Shown: positions 29,600 to 37,386 of the stretch, piece after piece
Numbering within the stretch: position 1 is the stretch's first letter
How the letters are laid out: each line of letters starts with the position of its first letter
Assembly (NCBI GenBank): GCA_964291235.2
Contig: OZ219816.1
Span: 160,001-224,000, forward strand
Direction of reading: 5' to 3'
Source of the DNA: Vicinamibacteria bacterium
GTDB taxonomy: Bacteria > Acidobacteriota > Vicinamibacteria > Marinacidobacterales > Marinacidobacteraceae
Length of the DNA: 64,000 nucleotides
Program-made: the position numbers and the translations under genes
Notes under the pieces: generated by a model
The model's database searches: none
Told to the model about the DNA's origin: nothing
What the model saw: only the letters and a program-made list of their open reading frames with translations

Positions 29600-32022
29600 T
29601 CAGAACCGGAACAGCCGGGTGAACTTGACGACGAGCGCCCGGTCGCTGAGACCGGAGAGACCGTCGTCGCCGTCCCGGTTCGAGCTCAAGACCACGAACA
29701 GGTCGCTGCCGGGGGAGTACTCCCAGCGGTAGCGGACGTTGGCCGAAAACAGTTGGGCGGCCGAGTTGTACTGGACCAGCGCCCCCAGGAAGCTGCGGGG
29801 CGAGACGGTATAGGTGGCGCGGAGGCGGCTCACCTGCGCCCGGACGTCGCCCGCGGGCATCGCGATCCAGTTCAGGCTGACGTTCGGCTCGAAGGAGAAG
29901 CGCTGGTTGATCTCGGCGCGTCCCCAGTAGCCCAGCTCCTGCCGGGTTCCCCCGAAGAAGTCCCCGAACTCGTAGCGGACCATTCCCGAGACCTTGCGGT
30001 GGGAGCCCATCCGGACCCGGACCCCGGCCCGGGCGAATCGGTAGCTCCCGGCGGGCACTGCGACCTCGTCCGAGAGGTCGAAACCCTCGAGGAGGTGCTC
30101 CTCGGTGACGGTGTAGCCGAGCATGAGGCGGTCGCTGCTCTCGAACAGGGTGTTGGCCTCGAACTCGTACTCCCGGGTCTCCAGCTCGCCGCCGGGACGC
30201 TGGTAGTTGTTCACCCGTGCCTGGAACTCCAACTGCCGGACCGCCTCGATGCCGCGAGGGCGCGGCGAGAACTGGAAGGAGCCGCTGTTCTTGGTGAAGT
30301 TCCGCCGGCGCACGAAACCCATCCCCGGGTTGAAGTCCTCGCCGAGATAGAGCCGCCCGGCGGTCACGTCGATCAGGTCGGTGTCGTAGCGGAACTGGCC
30401 CATGTAGCTGGCCGCCTGGTGTCCCGTCTCGACCCCGGGCTCGCTCGTCGCCATGTAGTAGGTGGTGATCCGGAGGTGATCCGTGGGGTTGAAGTTCCCG
30501 TCCATGCCGTAGAGCGAGTTGGACCCCGTGCCGTCGGCGCCCACGTTCCGGTGGGTCGCGATGACGCCGATGTTGGACCGGGAGAAGAGGTCGCGCTTCA
30601 CCCGGAAGGCGCTGAAATTCGTGCCCTCCACGTCCACACCCGGCGCGGTGCCGGTCTGGATGTTCATGAGCCCCATCTGGTAGGCGCCGGCCCGGCCGTG
30701 GAGCCGGGCGCCCCCGAGAATGGGCACCGCGCTGCCCCGGAGATCCCGATGGAGCGGCTGAAGAAGGGGATGGGAGTGTCGGAGGAACCCCCGCCCCCGA
30801 AGGCCCGCGTCTGCCGGCCTCCAAAGTCGAACACCCCCTGCCCTTCAAGGAAGAACTCGCGCTTTTCGGGGTAGAAGAGGCTGAAACGGCTCAGGTTGAC
30901 CTGGGTCTCGTCGTCCTCCACCTGCGCGAAGTCGGTGTTCCAGGTGACGTCGGCGGTGAGCCCGTCGGTGACCCCGAACTTGAAGTCGGCGCCGACGTCG
31001 CCGGACCACTCGTCGTTGATGTCCCTCAGGGGAGCGTCCGTCTGCGACCCGATGGCGTAGGGCTTCAGCTCCATCCGCCGCGAGCCGGCGGGGGCCTCGA
31101 GCCCGACGAGCGTCGCCGCGTTCGAGAGCCGGTTCAGCCCGTTCATGTTGAACGCCTGGGGCGTCGGAGTGAGAAAGGCCCGCTCGTTCGTGTGCTTGAT
31201 GAGGCGGCGAAAGTTGATGCCCCAGAGCTGGGGTCCGCCCGCGGCGTAGCGGAGCGAGCGGAACGGGATCCGCATCTCCATGGTCCAGCCGTCCTCGACG
31301 CGCTCGGTCCGGACCCACCACACGGTGTTCCAGTCGGAGTTCGTGTTCCGCTCGTCGGAGACCTGGGCGTCATAGAGCGCCCCCACCGCGTTGGTGTGGA
31401 ACAAGAATCCGTTCCGCCGGTCGTAGAAGGTGTCGAGGATGACCGAGAAGCTGTCGCCCCAGCCGATGTTCCGCTGGTCGCGGCGCATCTCGTTCGCCCG
31501 CAGGAGTTCCGGGTGGTGCTCTTCCAACTTGGCGGCGATGTAGAGGCTGTCCGCGTCGTAGAGCACCCAGACAAGAGTGGATTCCGAGACGGGAGCACCC
31601 TCGTTGGGTTCCTGTTGTACGAAACCCTCGGCTGCCGGCACCTGGTCGTACGCCGGGTCGTCCAGCACGCCGTCCAGAGTGAGCGGCTCCGCGAGCCGGA
31701 ACGCGCGGATCGTTACCCGGCCGTCGGCGTCACGACTGACCGCCTCGTTCGCGGCCGGCGCGGGCGGACCCAGGATGCGCTCGGCAATCGACGAACTGAG
31801 GTCCTGCTGGCGCTCGGCGACGCGGCCCGAGCCGCGCGCGGGAAATCCGAGGTCGCCCGGTTTGTCCTGGGCGTCCTGAACCCGGCGATCCTCCGGAGGT
31901 GAAATGACCGGCCCATCCTCGGCGGTGGCCGCACCGGCGGCCAACAGCGCTCCCGCCAGGAGGAGCAGGGCCTGGCCGACAGTCCTCCGGGCCCCCTCGC
32001 GAATCAAGGAATGGTCAGGCAA
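29600..32022 (-). pseudogene. DUF5916/CBM9-like protein, paralog B3, split by a single-base deletion (or a sequencing error)
   Basis: The N-half (within ORF 30664..32676) and C-half (29600..30727) join at SIGISG|GSAVPI. The minus strand reads TCC GGGG CAGC (C4 at 30735-30738), while B2 has TCC GGG GGC AGC. Start position is approximate. Confidence 0.8.
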
Positions 32023-32394
32023 TACAACCAGTCTCCAGCATCTCCGAACCAACGGATAAACGGACAGTGTACCGAGAATGTTCCGTTCTTTTTCGGGGGC
32101 GAAGCGGGGCCGGAATTCTGGTCCGCGCGGTGGCGTGACAATCACCAGAACTATTCCGAAAAAGCCAGCGTCGTCACCGGTCGGGCCCGGCTCCGAGTGG
32201 CGGCGGGAAACCAGGCCAGCTCGCGCCCCGAGCCGTCGCGCAACCGTGCGGAGCGTGCGTGAACACCGCGCAGGGAGGCCCCCCTGGCCTGCACCCCGAT
32301 CGGCTGGCAGCGTGCGTGCGGCACGATCCCGCCAGCCTCGTCGCCTACCCATTCTGCCTGGCGAGGAGCCATTCTTTACATACGTTGAGAAACC

Positions 32395-33075
32395 ATGTCG
32401 AAAATGCTCATCTCCGCACTCGATCATTCCTTCCGCTGGGTGAGATCCCAGAGGCTGCTCTTCAGGTTCACTCTGCTCACGCGCATCCTGCTCGCCGCCG
32501 GCTTCATTCCCGCCGGGTTCGTCAAGCTGCTCGGCCAACGTTTCACGCTCCTCCCCGAAGGGACGCCGATCGGGGCGTTCTTCGAAGCGATATACCAAAC
32601 CGGCGTCTTCTGGAACTTCATCGGCGCAGTGCAGGTGGTTGCCGGCGTGCTCCTGCTGATGCCGTCGTTTGCGCATCTGGGCGCTTTGCTATTCCTGCCT
32701 GTCATCGCCTGCATCTTCGCAGTAGTGGTTGGAGTGGGCTTCGGGGCGGGCACAACTCTGGTCACGCTGCAGATGCTGCTGGCGGTTCTGTATCTGCTGC
32801 TGTGGGACTACGACCGTTTCCGCAGCATCCTCACCACTCATCCAACCCAGTCCGGCCACAGCATTCCCGCCTGGGCCCTCGATCGATGGGAGCGCGCCGG
32901 ATTCATCGTGTTCGCCGCATCGCTGATGGCGTACTTCGCCTTCACCCGGAGCTTCGTCCCCGTTCAGGTTGGTCGGGCGGCACTGTGGGTGGGTTTGGCC
33001 GCGGGGGCATTCACACTACTGCGATTCCTCGTTGTCTCCACCCGGCGCGAAGTGCAAACAAACGATCGATGGTGA
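32395..33075 (+). CDS. DoxX-like integral membrane protein
   Basis: RILLAAGFIPAGFVKL, FFEAIYQTG..WNFIG, YLLLWDYDR; multiple TM segments; lower GC than its flanks. Confidence 0.7.
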   Translation: MSKMLISALDHSFRWVRSQRLLFRFTLLTRILLAAGFIPAGFVKLLGQRFTLLPEGTPIGAFFEAIYQTGVFWNFIGAVQVVAGVLLLMPSFAHLGALLFLPVIACIFAVVVGVGFGAGTTLVTLQMLLAVLYLLLWDYDRFRSILTTHPTQSGHSIPAWALDRWERAGFIVFAASLMAYFAFTRSFVPVQVGRAALWVGLAAGAFTLLRFLVVSTRREVQTNDRW

Positions 33076-33310
33076 CCGGCCCGTGACGCGCTAGCTAGGC
33101 GCGCCGGTGCGACCCCCGGCAGGGCAAGGCGTGCCCTGCGGCGTCGTTTGGTCCCAAGACACCGAGACAGGCGACGGTATTGGCGGCCGAAGCGATGGGG
33201 GTCGGAGTACCCGAGGTCACCTCGCTCATCGCCCGGTTCGGCCGGGAGGCGGGCACACCGTGGCGGAAGGACCACAAGCTGGCGGCCGCGGCGGCCCGGT
33301 TCCCTACGAC

Positions 33311-33372
33311 TTTTCCACAAAGCGGCGCGAAAACGCCTCCCCGTGGGAATTCTGCGACGCGATTCTCGTCTA
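33311..33372 (+). promoter_or_regulatory. DnaA-box-like TTTTCCACA plus ECF-type GGGAAT-N16-CGTCTA
   Basis: TTTTCCACA at 33311-33319; GGGAAT at 33345-33350; CGTCTA at 33367-33372. The same pair of motifs precedes 43852 and 44848. Confidence 0.45.
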
Positions 33373-33409
33373 TGTCCTCGAGGGGCCTGGCCCCCGAAAG
33401 GAGATCCGA

Positions 33410-33799
33410 ATGAGCCCGGTGACGAAGACAGGCGCGAAGCCGAAACCCGCTGTGGTTGCCACGAACCGGCCCGGAGCCTATTCTGTCGCCGACCTCCTCC
33501 GCGCAATGCTTGCCGACAACGTTCCGGCCGCCACCGCCAACCTCGTCGGCCTGCTCCAGAATGTGGTGGATCGGCTGAGTGCGCTGGAGCTGCGTGTGGA
33601 CAGCCTCGAAGCCCGCATGGACAGGCTTGAAGCCCGTATGGACGGGCTTGAAACCCGCATGGACAGGCTTGAGGCTCGGGTCACCGCCCTCGAAACGGCG
33701 GTTGCAGCGCTGGCGGCGCGTTTCGACACCACCCAACGGCTTCAATGGGCCACTCTCGGGGCGCTGATCGTCTTCGGGGTCGCCAGCTTCGCGCGCTGA
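33410..33799 (+). CDS. Small coiled-coil protein with C-terminal membrane anchor
   Basis: AGGAG RBS before ATG 33410; heptads VDSLEAR/MDRLEAR/MDGLETR/MDRLEAR/VTALETA (21-bp repeats); C-terminal WATLGALIVFGVASF. Confidence 0.75.
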   Translation: MSPVTKTGAKPKPAVVATNRPGAYSVADLLRAMLADNVPAATANLVGLLQNVVDRLSALELRVDSLEARMDRLEARMDGLETRMDRLEARVTALETAVAALAARFDTTQRLQWATLGALIVFGVASFAR

Positions 33800-33824
33800 G
33801 GCGCGTCCCGCTGCTCGTTCCGGA

Positions 33825-34478
33825 TTACGTTTCGACCCGGGCCGCCAGCGCCCGGATGTGCTCCCGCGCCAGCGGTTCGAGCGGTCCGTTCCGGAGAAGG
33901 AGCGCCGGGTGGTGGAGCGTGAGGAACTCCCGTCCCGGCCATTCCGGTAAGCGGAAGAAATGGCCCACCTGAGCGCTGAACGGTTTCCGATCGGGGGCGA
34001 AGTGTTTTAGCGCTGTGGACCCCATCAGCACGACGAATCTCGCGGGGGAGAGCGCGAGCTGCCGCTCGAGGAATGGATGGCAACGGGCCATTTCCTCCGG
34101 CTGTGGGTCTCGGTTGGCGGGCGGCCGGCACTTCACTACGTTCACGAGGAGCAGGTGCTTGTCGGTGGAGAGGCCTTCCGCCGCGAAGAGTTCGTCCAGT
34201 TTCCGCCCGGCACGGCCGCAAAAGGCGATGCCTTGGGCGTCCTCCTGGAGGCCGGGAGCTTCGCCGATGGCGATGATCGGGGCGTCCGGATTCCCGCGGT
34301 CCACCACGATGTGCCGCCTTCGAGCAGCCAGCGCGCAGCGCTGGCAGTCGCTCTCGCGGAGCCGCCGCCGAAACTCGGGATACGCCTCGGCGTCCCGGGC
34401 GGGAAGCACCGCGCCGGCACCGGCGACCGCACCGACTTTGAAGAAATCGCGGCGGTCGAGGGTTTTCGGGGTGGTCAT
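33825..34478 (-). CDS. Uracil-DNA glycosylase family 4 (4Fe-4S) with an N-terminal twin-arginine-like signal
   Basis: CQRC, IGEAPG..ED..G.AFCGRAG, NVVKCRPP.NR.P..EE...C, HPA; N-terminus MTTPKTLDRRDFFKVGAVAGAGAVLPARDAEA. Confidence 0.85.
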   Translation of the reverse strand: MTTPKTLDRRDFFKVGAVAGAGAVLPARDAEAYPEFRRRLRESDCQRCALAARRRHIVVDRGNPDAPIIAIGEAPGLQEDAQGIAFCGRAGRKLDELFAAEGLSTDKHLLLVNVVKCRPPANRDPQPEEMARCHPFLERQLALSPARFVVLMGSTALKHFAPDRKPFSAQVGHFFRLPEWPGREFLTLHHPALLLRNGPLEPLAREHIRALAARVET

Positions 34479-34518
34479 CGGTCGCTTCTCGAAGTGGATG
34501 GAGCGGGCGCCTCGGTGA

Positions 34519-35007
34519 TCATCCGGGCGGAGCCTTCCCGGTAGTCGACACGAACAGGCGCACTTCTTCTTCTTCCAGAGTCTCAACGTCATCAAGGCGG
34601 CGAATCAACAGACTGCGGAAGTTCGAATCGTCAACACCGTGATACCAGGCAAACGTCTTCAAGTCACGAGGGTCTGTGTCCAGGAAGAGTCCGGCAGCCA
34701 GTCCGTCGAGGACCGGCTTGACGTAGTTGTCCACATCCAACGGAGTCGGACGCGGATGAAAACGGAAGAGAAGCGTGACCGCATAGAGGTGTTTGGAGTC
34801 CCATGTGGATCCCTTTCGTTCGTCTTGGACGGCGGACGCAACCTTTTTCTTCCAAGCACGGAGCTCTGCTCTTCGCTGCTTGGAGCTTGGGGCGAAATTG
34901 ATGATGCGGCCCGGCACCCGTGTTGAGAATGACTTCGCCTCCTTATTGAACCTGACGACACCGGTGTTCACCGAGAAGTTGTTTTCTGAATTCGACATGG
35001 TTTCCAT
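34519..35007 (-). CDS. RusA-like Holliday junction resolvase/endonuclease
   Basis: DVDNYVKPVLDGL (RusA DxDNxxKxxxD) and downstream DDS; AT-richer than its surroundings; start could be 34998 or 35007. Confidence 0.65.
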   Translation of the reverse strand: METMSNSENNFSVNTGVVRFNKEAKSFSTRVPGRIINFAPSSKQRRAELRAWKKKVASAVQDERKGSTWDSKHLYAVTLLFRFHPRPTPLDVDNYVKPVLDGLAAGLFLDTDPRDLKTFAWYHGVDDSNFRSLLIRRLDDVETLEEEEVRLFVSTTGKAPPG

Positions 35008-35099
35008 TGTTCCCGGTTTCGGGAATTGCACAAGGGGGGGGGTAGGTCAGGAACGAGACCGCTCTGATCCGGCCGTTGCCGTTCGCGTCCTCTCTCGGG

Positions 35100-35850
35100 C
35101 GGTGGGGACGAATGCACGGGGGCATTGCGCCGTTCCCCGGTGTTTACGCCGACATAGAGTCGGAGCGCCGGTCTCTGACCGGCATCGCTCCCCGCCGGGG
35201 AGCGAAACCGCACATCGCTGCTCAGCCGCACGGCGCAGAGGCACGGGGGCGTTACGCCGTTCCCGGGTTGGTGGGTGCTGTGCGGCGGATGGAGTTCGTG
35301 CGTTTCGCGGCCTGCGGCCGCGATGCCGGCCGGAGGCCGGCGCTCCTATCTCCGGGCGGCTGTGGGGCGGGAGAGCGATGCGCGGTCCGCCCGCTGCGCG
35401 GGCGGGTGCCGATCTGGAGATCGGCGTTCCCTTACGGTCGCCCGCCGTCCGGGCTAGGCGGGGTCCGGGCCGCCGCCCGCCTCCGGCCGGCTGTGCCGAT
35501 CTGGAGATCGGCGTTCCCTCGCCTGTGCGCCGTGGGGCTGGAGAGCGAGGCGCGGTTCCGCCCGCTGCGCGGGCGGGTGCCGACCTGGAGGTTGGCGGTC
35601 CCTTGCCTGTGCGCCATGAGGCGGGGCAGCGAGGCGCGGTTCCGTCCGCTACGCGGGCGGGTGCCGACCTGGAGGTCGGCGTTCCCTTACGGTCGCCCGC
35701 CGTCCGGGCTAGGCGGGGTCCGGGCCGCCGCCCGCCTCCGGCGGGCTGTGCCGATCTGGAGATCGGCGTTCCCTTGCCCGTGTGCCGTGGGGCTGAGCGG
35801 CGTTCCCTTGCCCGTGCGCCGTGGGGCTGAGCGGCGTTTGCTTGCCTGTG
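35100..35850. repeat. Mosaic cluster of REP-like hairpins
   Basis: GCCGATCTGGAGATCGGCGTTCCC x3, GCCGACCTGGAGGT(C/T)GGC x2, GCCGGCCGGAGGCCGGCGCTCC, GCCGGTCTCTGACCGGC; the ~125-bp block at 35395-35520 recurs at ~35650-35775. Confidence 0.85.
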
Positions 35851-35984
35851 CGGCACCGCCACGCGGGGGGAATGCGTGAAAGGGGGGTGTCCCCCCTTTC
35901 ACAAGACGAAAGCGCAAAATCGGAACTCGCCGAAGCGCGCCCCAGGCGCGCGAGGGAGTTTCGATTTCCGGCACGAAGTGCCGG

Positions 35985-36064
35985 GCGGTCCGGCAGGGGG
36001 GCACAGGCTTGGTTCGCCTTTGCTACGCCGTGCTCCCCAGCCCTGTGCCCCCCTGCCGGACCGC
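35985..36064 (-). terminator. 23-bp inverted repeat just 3' of the tRNA (terminator or processing stem)
   Basis: GCGGTCCGGCAGGGGGGCACAGG (35985-36007) pairs with CCTGTGCCCCCCTGCCGGACCGC (36042-36064); no clear U-tract. Confidence 0.45.
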
Positions 36065-36068
36065 TCAG

Positions 36069-36140
36069 TGCGCGGTGCAGGATTTGAACCTGCGACCACC
36101 TGCGTGTAAGGCAGGCGCTCTTCCGCTGAGCTAACCGCGC
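36069..36140 (-). tRNA. tRNA-Val(TAC)
   Basis: GCGCGGT acceptor stem, TAGCTCAG D-arm, CCTGC-CTTACAC-GCAGG anticodon arm, GGTTCAAATCC T-arm; CCA not encoded. Confidence 0.96.
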
Positions 36141-36230
36141 AGTCTCGGAGACGGCGGGGATTCTCGCAGCAACGCGCGGTTGCCGATGAAGGGTTCGGCG
36201 CCCCGCAGCGTATTTCTCTATATGAACGCT

Positions 36231-36256
36231 GGAACTCCAACGGGGTCCCCACCGTT
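36231..36256 (+). promoter_or_regulatory. ECF-sigma-type promoter GGAAC-N17-CGTT
   Basis: GGAAC at 36231-36235, CGTT at 36253-36256, ending 10 nt before ATG 36267. Confidence 0.55.
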
Positions 36257-36266
36257 AGGAGAGAGC

Positions 36267-37355
36267 ATGAAACGCAAGTCCCTGATCGTGCTGTTTGCCG
36301 CCGCGGTCCTCGGTGTGGCCGCGGTCGGCGCGTTCGTCGTCCCGAACCTGACGAAGGTCAGCGAAGCGAGCGAGATCGACCCGGAGGCCGAAGAGACGGC
36401 GCCGACGCCGGTGAGCGTTGTCGAGGCGCACCTCGGGCCGGTCACCCTCCACCTCACCACCACCTCCGCGGTGGAGGCGGAACGCACCGCCCAGGTGCTC
36501 TCCGAGACCTCCGGCGTGCTGACCGAGATCCGGGTCCGCGAGGGCGACTCGGTGAACGCCGGCCAGGTGCTCGCGCGGGTGGACGCTCGCGAACGGCGGC
36601 TCGCCTTCGAGCAGGCCGAACTCCGCCTCGCCCGCGCCGAAGCGGAACACGCCCGCCAGCAGCGTGCTTTCGAGCAGGACCTGGTGGCCGAGTACGAATA
36701 CGAGAAGGCGCGCTTCGATCGCGACCTCGCGGCCTCCGAGCTGGAGACCGCCCGCCTCGAACTCGAGCGCACCGACATCCGCGCTCCCTTCGCGGGCAAG
36801 GTCACGGAACTCCTGCTGGTCGAGGGCGGCCGGCTCGAACCCGCCCAGCACCTGCTGACGCTCGCCGACTTCAACACCCTGGTGGCCCGGCTCTACGTTC
36901 CCGAGCGGGACGTGGCCGGCCTGGCGCCCGGCCAGCCGGCCGTGGTCCGGCCGGAATCGGACGCGACCGGGACCGGGATCACGGGCCGCATCCGGGAGGT
37001 GAGTCCCGTGGTGGACCGCAACACCGGCACCGTGAAGGTGACGGTGGCGCTCCCGTCCCCGGCCAGAGCGGTCGTCCGTCCCGGATCCTTCGCCCGGGTC
37101 GTCATCGAGACGGGCCGGCGCGAGAACGCGGTGCTCGCTCCGAAACGGGCCCTCGTTCAGGATGAGACCGGTACGCACGTCTTCGTGGTGGAGGAAGGCA
37201 AGGCCGTACGGCGCGACGTGACCGTGGGGGTGGAGATGGAGAGCCCCGAAGGGGCCCTCATCGAGCTCGCGGACGGGCTGGAGGCCGGGGCGCGGATCGT
37301 GGTCGCCGGCCATGGGGCGCTCGATCCCGGGGCCGCGGTCGAAGTCCTTAACTGA
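36267..37355 (+). CDS. RND efflux periplasmic adaptor (MFP)
   Basis: N-terminal TM; lipoyl motifs VREGDSVNAGQVLARVD and IRAPFAG; SPVVDRNTGTVKV; RBS AGGAGAG. Confidence 0.9.
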   Translation: MKRKSLIVLFAAAVLGVAAVGAFVVPNLTKVSEASEIDPEAEETAPTPVSVVEAHLGPVTLHLTTTSAVEAERTAQVLSETSGVLTEIRVREGDSVNAGQVLARVDARERRLAFEQAELRLARAEAEHARQQRAFEQDLVAEYEYEKARFDRDLAASELETARLELERTDIRAPFAGKVTELLLVEGGRLEPAQHLLTLADFNTLVARLYVPERDVAGLAPGQPAVVRPESDATGTGITGRIREVSPVVDRNTGTVKVTVALPSPARAVVRPGSFARVVIETGRRENAVLAPKRALVQDETGTHVFVVEEGKAVRRDVTVGVEMESPEGALIELADGLEAGARIVVAGHGALDPGAAVEVLN

Positions 37356-37386
37356 CCGGCCGACCGCCAGCCCGGAGATTCGCCCC

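Noticed and set aside
29600-30727. Independent 375-aa gene
   Set aside because: It is the C-terminal half of frameshifted paralog B3.
14776-32022. Diversity-generating retroelement or shufflon acting on the DUF5916 array
   Set aside because: No reverse transcriptase, recombinase, template repeat or inverted cassettes; the differences are not visibly adenine-restricted.
33825-34478. UdgX-type covalent uracil-DNA binder
   Set aside because: Lacks the KRRIH loop; has the ordinary family-4 KCRPP motif.
32395-36140. Prophage or genomic island integrated at tRNA-Val
   Set aside because: No integrase, no phage structural genes, and I saw no duplicated tRNA 3' end; only isolated low-GC genes.
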